DNA from: a candidate division WWE3 bacterium RAAC2_WWE3_1
GTDB lineage: Bacteria; Patescibacteriota; WWE3; UBA101185; UBA10185
DNA: 64,000 nt
NCBI GenBank assembly: GCA_000503835.1
Contig: CP006914.1
Span: 593,680 to 657,679, forward strand
Direction: 5' to 3'
Part shown: positions 28,224-36,761 of the stretch, one piece after another
How the letters are laid out: every line of letters begins with the position of its first letter
How positions within the stretch are numbered: the stretch's first letter is position 1
Notes under the pieces: generated by a model
The model's database searches: none
What the model was told of the DNA's origin: nothing
The model's input: only the letters and a program-made list of their open reading frames with translations
Program-made: the position numbers and the translations under genes

Positions 28224-30545
28224 ATGCAGAAAGCACTCCTACTCTCGGCTTTAATCCTATTAACTTCGCACCGGGCTTTTGCTTCCGACTGGACAGCGGT
28301 TTCGGCCCCATCGAACCAGATGGCAGTTATAGAGGTAACGCCGGAAGGGATTGTTGCCGGGGAATTCGATGACAGACTTTGGTTAAATCCATACAACGGA
28401 GTTTATCTTTCCGGGGACGGCGGAATTAGCTGGTCAAAATTGGGGATGCAAAGAAAGGGGGTTAACGTCCTAAAATATAAAGACCATACCCTTTTTGCGG
28501 GTGCGTTCTACACGACCGATACACCCGGCGGCCTGTACATCAGCCGTTATCCTTATGATGAATGGAAACATGCAGGATTAACGTATAACGTAACATCGGT
28601 CGATGCCTGCGGTAATTACATTTATCTGGGAACCAGATACTTAGGCCTTATGGTGTCTCCGGATAACGGTATTAATTGGGCACAAAAAATAGGGTCCGGA
28701 GGAATTGAAGGACCGGAGATTATGTCTCTTTTTTGCTGGGACGGGTCGGTTCTCGCCTCAACAAGAACTTCCGTCCTTTTAAGCCGGGATTACGGAGAAA
28801 CCTGGAAAACTCTCGGCGAATTTACAGGTTCGACTATCTATTCTTTTACCGGTAACGGTAATTATATTGCCGCTTCGGGAACGGGTTACGCGGGGGTTTT
28901 CATTTCCGGGGACGGGGGAAACAACTGGACAAGATCAGAGATCAGGAGTCTTCGCACGTCGAGAAAGGTCGTTTTTCAGGGACAATATCTTTACGTGGTA
29001 GACGGGCCGGAAGTGCTCGCAAGCCGGAACCGTAAAAATTTCGAAAATACCTCCTTGTCTGCACTAAGTTCGATTGATGTAAGAGATCTTGAAACTTATA
29101 AGCCTTCGGACTTTGCGCTTATGGCACTAACTACATCGGGCAAGATTTTCAGGAAATTCGTTAGCGATTATGTGTATTCTCCTCTCTTTGACCCTCCTTT
29201 AGATATTCAAAATGACCGGGAGCTCACCGAACGCATAAACGCCTACTTCGATCATCAGTATCCTCTTCTGGCATATACTTATCTGGGTGAGCCGGACGAA
29301 AACAACCGGACTACTTTAAGATACGACGGAAAAGATGGTGCAGTTCCCGAAATCTACTACAGTTCGCACAGTGGCATTGATCTTGATGCAAAATACGGTG
29401 ATCCTGTACTGGCATCGGGAAGCGGCACCGCAAGTTATTACTACTGCAAAGACTGCGGAAACTCTATAAAAATAGACCACGGGAACGGGCTTCAAACAGT
29501 GTATATGCATCTACAGAATAACCCCCTGGTACAAGGTAATGACACTATACGAGTAAATAATGGGGACGAAATAGGGAGAGTGGGCTTAACAGGGCGTACA
29601 ACAGGCCCTCACATTCATTTTGAAACAATCTCCGACACGGATAGTGACGGTCTGTTTTCCGACGAATACCCTCACGGAAGAACCGACCCGTTCGGGTGGA
29701 ATTATTCAAAATCGCCCGATCCGTGGTCTGAATTCTCCTGGAACGATGTGTTGGGCTCTCACACAGGATCTTATAGCAGAAATCTGTGGAAATTACTTTC
29801 TCCGGCCAAGCAGACCGCCCCTCTCGTAAATAACACGCGCCTGACGCTGGGAAATAAAATTGTTGAAATAGTTGACAACGCCGGTAAAAACTTCCTGCAA
29901 TTAACCTTAAGGCATGCGTCCAAACCTCAAAGAAATTTCCCGTCTCCTGCGTCGGAATATATAAGAAGCACGGCGTTTATTTTAGATATTGCAGACCAGC
30001 TCGGAAATATGTCGGCGGAAAACATTACGGTAAAGATAAAGCTCATGGTTTCCCCGGAAAACCTGATCGGGTTTATTCCGGAAACTTTAAAAATATACAG
30101 ATGGAACGGAGCCGCAGCCTCCTGGGTAGAGACGATTAGCAGTTATGACAGCGCCTCCGGGCTCATCGAAGGAGTACTGGACCATTTCAGCTATTTTGCG
30201 GTCTTCGGTGAGAAGTACAACCCACAGTCAATTTCCACGCAAATAAACATATCACCGCAACCTATCGACGGAGCTGTAGACGTGTTTCCTACAATTACCT
30301 TTACGGGAAACGGCATCCTTACCGTTTACTCTATCGATGGGGGCTACACATGGAATGATTATGGAGAACCTTTGTTGCTGGATAAACAGGGTGTGTATGA
30401 TATTTTGTACAAGTCGGAAGGCGCAGAAGAGAACTGGGAAAAAACTAAAAGTTTTGTACTAAAGGTGGGTGCGGGCATTGCAACGAACAAAATACGGGTA
30501 GTCGGAGCTACTTTCGTAACCTCAACTGATAATCCCTCCCCCTAA
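28224..30545 (+). CDS. Secreted multidomain protein with an N-terminal BNR/Asp-box beta-propeller, an M23 (lysostaphin-type) metallopeptidase domain, and C-terminal beta-rich domains.
   Basis: 773 aa with signal peptide MQKALLLSALILLTSHRAFA. It has at least four Asp-box repeats (SGDGGISW, SPDNGINW, SRDYGETW, SGDGGNNW). The M23 motifs are HSGIDLD and GRTTGPHIHFE (HxxxD...HxH). Confidence 0.7.
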   Translation: MQKALLLSALILLTSHRAFASDWTAVSAPSNQMAVIEVTPEGIVAGEFDDRLWLNPYNGVYLSGDGGISWSKLGMQRKGVNVLKYKDHTLFAGAFYTTDTPGGLYISRYPYDEWKHAGLTYNVTSVDACGNYIYLGTRYLGLMVSPDNGINWAQKIGSGGIEGPEIMSLFCWDGSVLASTRTSVLLSRDYGETWKTLGEFTGSTIYSFTGNGNYIAASGTGYAGVFISGDGGNNWTRSEIRSLRTSRKVVFQGQYLYVVDGPEVLASRNRKNFENTSLSALSSIDVRDLETYKPSDFALMALTTSGKIFRKFVSDYVYSPLFDPPLDIQNDRELTERINAYFDHQYPLLAYTYLGEPDENNRTTLRYDGKDGAVPEIYYSSHSGIDLDAKYGDPVLASGSGTASYYYCKDCGNSIKIDHGNGLQTVYMHLQNNPLVQGNDTIRVNNGDEIGRVGLTGRTTGPHIHFETISDTDSDGLFSDEYPHGRTDPFGWNYSKSPDPWSEFSWNDVLGSHTGSYSRNLWKLLSPAKQTAPLVNNTRLTLGNKIVEIVDNAGKNFLQLTLRHASKPQRNFPSPASEYIRSTAFILDIADQLGNMSAENITVKIKLMVSPENLIGFIPETLKIYRWNGAAASWVETISSYDSASGLIEGVLDHFSYFAVFGEKYNPQSISTQINISPQPIDGAVDVFPTITFTGNGILTVYSIDGGYTWNDYGEPLLLDKQGVYDILYKSEGAEENWEKTKSFVLKVGAGIATNKIRVVGATFVTSTDNPSP

Positions 30546-31586
30546 GACCTCATTGCCTTTGTAGAATACCGCGCTTTGACCCGGGGCGACGCCGAATGTC
30601 TTAAAGGAGAGGTAGACGCTCAGGCTGTTGCCGGATTTTTTAACGGAGCCGGGTATGAGTTTTCCGAGGTGTCTTATTCTCACATCGCATTTTATTTCAT
30701 CGGTACCGGAGAACGGGTCCGTACCTATCCAGTTCAGATCGGATACGTAAAATCCGTCTGTTAAAGCCTCTTCGTAGCTCCCGATCGTCAGTGTGTTTGT
30801 CACAGCATCCTTGCCAATAATATACATCGGGTCGCCGAAATACTTCTTTAGCCGGAATCCGTGACGCTGGCCGACGGTCAAAAACGAAACGCCGTCGTGT
30901 TCACCCACCTCCTCACCTGCTGAGGTAACAACCTTTCCCTTTTTCTCCCCGATCCGTTTTTTAAGGAAGTCTTTAATGTTCACTTCCCCGATAAAACATA
31001 TTCCCATGCTTTCGGGTCGTTTGTACGAGGGAAGCATTTTATCTTTGGCAAGCGCCCTAACTTCAGGTTTGCGCATATCACCCAAAGGAAAAAGCGTATG
31101 CTGCAGCTGTCTCTGCCCCAAACGGTATAAGAAATATGACTGGTCCTTGCCCTCATCGGCACCCTTAAGGAGCTTGTATTCCCCTTCCCGATATTCAACT
31201 CCCGCATAGTGTCCGGTAGCGACAAAGTCAAATCCCTCTTTCATCGCCCACTCGTAAAAAATACCGAACTTTATTTCTTTGTTGCACATCACATCGGGAT
31301 TTGGAGTCCGGCCGGCTTCGTACTCGGTGTAAAAATAATCTATGACCCTTGTTTTGTACTCGGATCGAAAGTCCAATGTCTTAAACGGGATGTTCAACGC
31401 CATCGCGGTCTGTAGTGCATACGCCTTATCTTCATCCGCCCCGCAACCGTCATCTTCTGTATCCCAGCACTGCATAAATATGCCCGTCACTTCATAACCT
31501 TGTTCTTTTAACAATAGTGCGGCTATGGAGGAATCAACTCCTCCGCTCATACCTACGGCAACTTTTTTCATTATGGAGACACTCAT
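30522..31586 (-). CDS. mnmA: tRNA-specific 2-thiouridylase MnmA.
   Basis: PP-loop VAVGMSGGVDSSIAALLL. The remainder is consistent with the MnmA/TrmU family. 354 aa. Confidence 0.9.
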   Translation of the reverse strand: MSVSIMKKVAVGMSGGVDSSIAALLLKEQGYEVTGIFMQCWDTEDDGCGADEDKAYALQTAMALNIPFKTLDFRSEYKTRVIDYFYTEYEAGRTPNPDVMCNKEIKFGIFYEWAMKEGFDFVATGHYAGVEYREGEYKLLKGADEGKDQSYFLYRLGQRQLQHTLFPLGDMRKPEVRALAKDKMLPSYKRPESMGICFIGEVNIKDFLKKRIGEKKGKVVTSAGEEVGEHDGVSFLTVGQRHGFRLKKYFGDPMYIIGKDAVTNTLTIGSYEEALTDGFYVSDLNWIGTDPFSGTDEIKCDVRIRHLGKLIPGSVKKSGNSLSVYLSFKTFGVAPGQSAVFYKGNEVLGGGIIS

Positions 31587-31626
31587 GTTTGCATTATATA
31601 ACCTGAGGGGGGAAATGGGGTTACAA

Positions 31627-32112
31627 TCAAACCCTGCAGTTCGTTACCGAAGAGTGCATCGCGTCAACGATGTCATTTATTATATCCAGGGCTTCTTCAT
31701 ACCCCAGCCTTCGGTAGTTATGCGGGAAGTAGTGGAAAACCAGATTCCTGCCTCTTTTCCAAACCTGCCATAGTTTTCTGGAGATTTCTCTACCTCCCCT
31801 TGCCCTACCGCATATTCTTTCAAAAACATTGCTCTTCTCTTTTATGTAGTTCGGGTTCAATATACGCCCAATTCTTATGTCGTCGCTGAAATACTCTTCT
31901 TTGGATATCAGCTTCAGATCGAGAAAAAACCTTTTTAAAAAACCTTCGTAGGCTTTTGCAAAAGGAAAGACCAAAAAGGAATAGTCGGAAATATTATCTT
32001 CCTGATGATGCGCAAAAACAAAGTTCAACACAATCTCACCGTCCTCGATAAGTCCCCTAATTTCATCGGGCATGTACTGCCATAGGGGCGAGTCGCGTTT
32101 TACTACTTCCAT
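31627..32112 (-). CDS. Hypothetical protein of 161 aa with a possible HEPN-like Rx4H motif.
   Basis: Predicted mostly helical. It contains RNLVFH (R-x4-H) near the C-terminus. The rest has no other recognisable motif. The function call is weak. Confidence 0.45.
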   Translation of the reverse strand: MEVVKRDSPLWQYMPDEIRGLIEDGEIVLNFVFAHHQEDNISDYSFLVFPFAKAYEGFLKRFFLDLKLISKEEYFSDDIRIGRILNPNYIKEKSNVFERICGRARGGREISRKLWQVWKRGRNLVFHYFPHNYRRLGYEEALDIINDIVDAMHSSVTNCRV

Positions 32113-32156
32113 AAAAATAATTTTATCGGAAATACGGCGATTATTCGATACTTTAT

Positions 32157-32657
32157 TTAATCCGAAAATGAGCCCGCTATAAAGTGAGACGCCGTAAAAG
32201 CTTCTGTAGGAACTATCAGGACATTAACTTTTTTTCCTTCGGCGTCAAACTCTGCGTTCGCTACTCCGGGATATGTACCCACGTCGAGAGAAAAGATCCT
32301 TTGTACGGAACCCCAGCCGGGCTTAATAAAAAACTTTACATAACTAATATCTCCGGAGTTGGGCGCTGTAACGAAAGGCAGTGTGTAAGAGCTGGTTTCA
32401 CCTCCGCTTGTCATGGAAATTTTCTTTCCCGAGAACAGACCTTCCCGGCATTCGTCGAGATCCGCACAACCGTACTGATAAAGATCCCACGTGCCGTGCG
32501 AAGAATTGACCACTACCGAAAAGCCCGTGGAATAACCGGGAACGGAAATACCTTTAACCTCGGAGCCGGTTCTAAGACTGACAATAAAAAAGACAAAGGG
32601 GGCCGCTATAAAGAACGCGGCTATAATAAAGAACAAGGCTCCAAAACCTTTACTCAT
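32157..32657 (-). CDS. Hypothetical protein with an N-terminal signal anchor and an extracytoplasmic beta-rich domain.
   Basis: 166 aa. N-terminus MSKGFGALFFIIAAFFIAAPFVFFIVSL. The remainder is G/S/T-rich. Confidence 0.5.
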   Translation of the reverse strand: MSKGFGALFFIIAAFFIAAPFVFFIVSLRTGSEVKGISVPGYSTGFSVVVNSSHGTWDLYQYGCADLDECREGLFSGKKISMTSGGETSSYTLPFVTAPNSGDISYVKFFIKPGWGSVQRIFSLDVGTYPGVANAEFDAEGKKVNVLIVPTEAFTASHFIAGSFSD

Positions 32658-32721
32658 ACAAGAATGAACTCATAAATTGGATACCGAGTCAAGAAGTTTT
32701 ATCACCCTGTATAATACAAGC

Positions 32722-33843
32722 ATGAAACAGCCTAAAATTGCTTTTGTTCACGACTACCTCGTCAACTACGGAGGGGCTGAGAAAGTTCTGGAAGCGCTGT
32801 TGGAACTGTATCCCGGCGGTCCTGTCTACACCAGCATGTACGACCCGGCAAAACTTTCGGACACGATTACAGGACGGAAAATAATATGCCCCCAAACCGC
32901 CCTTTTTAAAAAATTTCCGAAGTACCTGACTTTTTTGATGCCGATGGTTTTCGAGGATTTCGACCTGCGTGAATACGATATTGTTGTTTCGGATTCCTCA
33001 GCCTGGTCAAAGGGGGTGCTGACAAAACCCGAACAATTGCACATAAGCTACATACACACACCTCCGAGATTTTTATATAAATATTCGGTCGAAAGTGCTA
33101 AAAGATCAGCTTGGTACTTCAAGCCATTCGTCACGGTTCTCGACTCCCTGTTAAGGGTTTGGGATCAAAGCGCCGCCCAAAGACCAAATTATCTTATAGC
33201 CAATTCCGAAGAAGTCCGTTCAAGGATTAAGAAATTTTATGGAAGGGACGCCCAAGTTATCTATCCTCCCGTTGAAGTTGTTGTAGAAACCTCACCGGCT
33301 GGCGGGAATAAAAAACCTTATTTCCTTGCCATGGGCCGCCTTGCCGCATACAAGAATTTCAATCTGGTCATCGAAGCGTTCAGAAACATCCCCGTCGAAC
33401 TTTGGATAGCAGGTACCGGACGCGAAGAAGAAGGACTAAAAGGAATGGCCGGGTCTAATGTAAAGTTTTTGGGAAAGATCAGCGACATCGAAAAACATTC
33501 GGTTATTGAGAACTGTCTTGGAGTTATCAACGCCGTTAAAGACGAGGACTTCGGTATTGTCCCGGTCGAAGCAATGGCCCACGGCAAGCCTGTATTAGCT
33601 CACAAGTCGGGGGGACATCTGGAAACGGTCATCGAAGGAGTGAACGGTATGTTTTTTGAAGACGGTGATGTAAAAGAACTGGAATTAAAAATAAAGGAAT
33701 TTGAGCAGGCTATCCTGGATAATAAGTTCAATCCGAAAATAATAAAAGAATCGGTAGTAAAATTTTCCAAACAACGTTTTCAGAATGAAATAAAAGCTTT
33801 CATCGAAGAAAAGTGGGCGGAGCATCAAAAATACAATGCCTGA
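32722..33843 (+). CDS. Glycosyltransferase family 4 (GT-B fold, retaining).
   Basis: The EX7E-type C-terminal motif is GIVPVEAMAHGKPVLAHKSGGHLETV. The N-terminal KIAFVHDYLVNYGGAEKV is also typical. The ORF is open from 32677. I prefer Met at 32722. Confidence 0.8.
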   Translation: MKQPKIAFVHDYLVNYGGAEKVLEALLELYPGGPVYTSMYDPAKLSDTITGRKIICPQTALFKKFPKYLTFLMPMVFEDFDLREYDIVVSDSSAWSKGVLTKPEQLHISYIHTPPRFLYKYSVESAKRSAWYFKPFVTVLDSLLRVWDQSAAQRPNYLIANSEEVRSRIKKFYGRDAQVIYPPVEVVVETSPAGGNKKPYFLAMGRLAAYKNFNLVIEAFRNIPVELWIAGTGREEEGLKGMAGSNVKFLGKISDIEKHSVIENCLGVINAVKDEDFGIVPVEAMAHGKPVLAHKSGGHLETVIEGVNGMFFEDGDVKELELKIKEFEQAILDNKFNPKIIKESVVKFSKQRFQNEIKAFIEEKWAEHQKYNA

Positions 33844-34663
33844 ACTTCCCGAAACTCACACGATTGCCGCCCTGTTGAATAAAGGTCTCAAAGGAAAAAC
33901 CATTTCTAAAGTTCAGGTTTTCAAGGATTACAGAGCCTTGCCGTCAACCGAAGTTTTTATTAAAGCCGTGACAGGCAAAAAGATTGAATCGGTGAAAAGA
34001 GTGGCCAAAAACATCCTCGTCGAACTCTCGAACGGAACACACATACTTTTTCACCTCGCGATGACCGGCCGGTTGTTGCTGTGGAACGACCTTATCGGGA
34101 ATGAAAGGTGGGTGAAAGTAATCCTGCACCTGGACAATGGGACTAAGCTTACCTTCAGCGACATGAGAATGTTCGGAAAGGCCGCAATCCTCAGTCCAAA
34201 ACAAACGGGGGAACTTGCGGCGAGGTATGGTCCGGAACCCCTGGATGAAAATACAACCCCACAACAATTGTTTGAAAATCTTAAAACCAAAAGGACAAAT
34301 ATCAAAAACGCGCTTCTTAATCAAGAGATAATATCGGGATTGGGAAATATATATGTAACGGACGCGCTTTTTCTCGCCGGAATCAATCCGCTTATCGGAA
34401 CAAATGAGGTCACGTTAGAAACTGTTACCCGACTGCTTGACTCGATAAGGTCGGTTCTTAGAGAAAGCATAAAATTAGGGGGCTCTACCCTCGGCGATAA
34501 AATGTACGTTGACCCGTTCGGAAGGGAAGGAAAATATCAGGAGTATTTTAAGATATACTCCAGAGAAAAATGCCCGGTGTGCGGGTCGAAAGTAAGTTTC
34601 ATTAAAATATCGGGAAGGGGCACATATTTTTGCCCGGTCTGCCAACCCCTAAATAGGCAATGA
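33836..34663 (+). CDS. mutM: Formamidopyrimidine-DNA glycosylase (Fpg/MutM).
   Basis: Starts MPELPETHT, giving the catalytic Pro2/Glu3. The C-terminal zinc finger is CPVCGSKVSFIKISGRGTYFCPVCQ. Confidence 0.9.
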   Translation: MPELPETHTIAALLNKGLKGKTISKVQVFKDYRALPSTEVFIKAVTGKKIESVKRVAKNILVELSNGTHILFHLAMTGRLLLWNDLIGNERWVKVILHLDNGTKLTFSDMRMFGKAAILSPKQTGELAARYGPEPLDENTTPQQLFENLKTKRTNIKNALLNQEIISGLGNIYVTDALFLAGINPLIGTNEVTLETVTRLLDSIRSVLRESIKLGGSTLGDKMYVDPFGREGKYQEYFKIYSREKCPVCGSKVSFIKISGRGTYFCPVCQPLNRQ

Positions 34664-35724
34664 AAATATCGGAGCTAAGATTAACTAACTTCCGCAACCA
34701 CAAAAAATTAAGACTTGACCTTGACCACGACATCGTGCTTTTAACGGGTCCCAACGGGGCAGGAAAAACCAACATCCTTGAAGCCATATACGCCTTATCT
34801 ACAGGAAAATCCATTAAAGCCAAATACGACAGGGATATGATAAATTACACCGCTCAATTCTCAACAGCGGGGGCCGATATCGAGAACTCGTCAGGTAAAT
34901 ATCTTCTTGAAATGCAGGTTATAAAAGAGGATGACTTTTCAAATATTTCGTCTAAGAAAACCAAAGTGAATAAAGTTCCCAAGTCCCTGGCGTCCTTTTC
35001 CGGAATATTTAACAGCGTCATGTTCTCTCCGGAAGATTTAAATATAATAACGGGTTCCCCCTCAGAGAGAAGAAAGTACATGGACGCTATTCTCGTTCAG
35101 ACCGACAAGAATTATAAAAGAAACGTTGCCGCCTATTTAAAGGCGGTGCGTCAAAGGAACAAGATTCTGGAAAAGATCGCTGAAGAAAACAGAGGCTGGG
35201 ACGAGATAGAATACTGGACAAAAAAATGTCTGGAACACGGAACCTACATTCAGAAACAAAGAGTCAAATTGTTTGATTACTTTAATAAAAAATTACCCGG
35301 TGCGATTGAAAAACTAAACGGTAAAAATACCGAAGTTGATATCAAATATCTAATGAACGAAATTTCTGACGAACGTCTGAAAAAACACGAAGATAACGAG
35401 ATACATGCGAAGACTACTCTCGTGGGACCTCACCGCGATGATTTTTGTATCTTTCACAAGAACCACAATTTAGCTGAATTCGGTTCAAGAGGAGAACAAA
35501 GAAGCGTGATGCTCGCTTTAAAACTTTGCGAGATAAATTACATCGAGCAGGAAAACGAGGAAAGACCCGTGCTTCTTCTCGACGACATATTCTCTGAGCT
35601 TGATGAAGATCACCGTAGTTCTGTTTTCAATATTCTGGAGCAACAGCAGACTATAATTACGAGCACCGAATCGCCTGATTTCCTTTCAAGTAAAGGCAAT
35701 ACGCACGAGATAAAAGTATTGTAA
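34660..35724 (+). CDS. recF: DNA replication and repair protein RecF.
   Basis: N-terminal MKISELRLTNFRNHKKL. Walker A is GPNGAGKTNILEAI. The C-terminal region has the ABC signature and D-loop (LLDDIFSELD). Confidence 0.9.
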   Translation: MKISELRLTNFRNHKKLRLDLDHDIVLLTGPNGAGKTNILEAIYALSTGKSIKAKYDRDMINYTAQFSTAGADIENSSGKYLLEMQVIKEDDFSNISSKKTKVNKVPKSLASFSGIFNSVMFSPEDLNIITGSPSERRKYMDAILVQTDKNYKRNVAAYLKAVRQRNKILEKIAEENRGWDEIEYWTKKCLEHGTYIQKQRVKLFDYFNKKLPGAIEKLNGKNTEVDIKYLMNEISDERLKKHEDNEIHAKTTLVGPHRDDFCIFHKNHNLAEFGSRGEQRSVMLALKLCEINYIEQENEERPVLLLDDIFSELDEDHRSSVFNILEQQQTIITSTESPDFLSSKGNTHEIKVL

Positions 35725-35753
35725 CCTGCGGGAAATATGCGAGAATTATCTCA

Positions 35754-36746
35754 ATGTTCTTCCCGGAATTTACCGTCACGCAGAAAACCTTAAAAAATAT
35801 CGGAACGATAGAATATTCCCGCGCAATCGCGGATAGTGTAAAAATCCTTCCCGTGTGGGAAAAGCAATTGAGAAAAGAGTCGCTGACAGCAAGAATATAT
35901 TCCCTGCTTAAGATTGAAGGCACGGGCATTGATGAGCAAATTATAAAGGCGTCTCTGGAAGGATTCATCGAAAATAAACCCCAGGAAGTTATCAATTTCG
36001 ACAATGCCTTGAGATCGGTGAGGGAGATTGGAAGAAAATTGGAGCTGGAAGAGATTGACATAAAATATGTTAATCAGACACTTACCGGTCGTCTTATGCC
36101 GAAAACAAAACAGGGAGCGTACAGAACAGTTAAAAAGACCGGTCGTCCGGATCCGGGAGAAATTCTGGCAAAAATAGTAACGCTTTTTGACTGGTTGAAC
36201 AGTTTGGACGCGAGAGAAAATCATCCTTTAATAACCGCTGCAATACTTTCTGCGGAAATATTAAGGATGGAGCCGTTCGAAAATTTTAATCAATCCACGG
36301 CGTCCATAGCATTTGATCTCGTGCTTGAATCTTACGGCTACAGTCTCGGAGGTCTTATAGAAATCGATTCCTACTTTTTAAGCTCACGAAAAGAATTCGA
36401 AGAAACACTGGTCGAGATCGAAAAAAATAATTTTGATTACACCCGGTGGCTCGAATATGTGACACACGGCTTCTCCACCAAGACGTATAACCTGATTGAA
36501 AAAATAAAACTGCTGGAGAAGGATACCAAAATCGCAAGGGCAACCGGAAGGGTAAAAGTTACCGAAAGACAGGAACGCATTATCGAGTACCTGCAGGATT
36601 ACGGCCTTCTGCAGAATAAGGATTTCCCCGTCGTTTTCCCGGGAATTTCCGAAGACACCGTTCTGCGCGATCTTAAATCCCTGCTCGACCGCAAAATCAT
36701 CAAAAAATCGGGGAGCACCAAATCTTCCCGTTACGAACTTAGCTAG
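35754..36746 (+). CDS. Fic/DOC-family protein with a degenerate active-site motif and a C-terminal winged-HTH domain.
   Basis: 330 aa. Where HPFx(D/E)GNGR is expected, the sequence reads MEPFENFNQS, so the catalytic His and the GNGR are replaced. The C-terminal end is wHTH-like (RQERIIEYLQDYGLLQNKDF...RDLKSLLDRKIIKK). Confidence 0.65.
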   Translation: MFFPEFTVTQKTLKNIGTIEYSRAIADSVKILPVWEKQLRKESLTARIYSLLKIEGTGIDEQIIKASLEGFIENKPQEVINFDNALRSVREIGRKLELEEIDIKYVNQTLTGRLMPKTKQGAYRTVKKTGRPDPGEILAKIVTLFDWLNSLDARENHPLITAAILSAEILRMEPFENFNQSTASIAFDLVLESYGYSLGGLIEIDSYFLSSRKEFEETLVEIEKNNFDYTRWLEYVTHGFSTKTYNLIEKIKLLEKDTKIARATGRVKVTERQERIIEYLQDYGLLQNKDFPVVFPGISEDTVLRDLKSLLDRKIIKKSGSTKSSRYELS

Positions 36747-36761
36747 TGATAGAATAGACAC

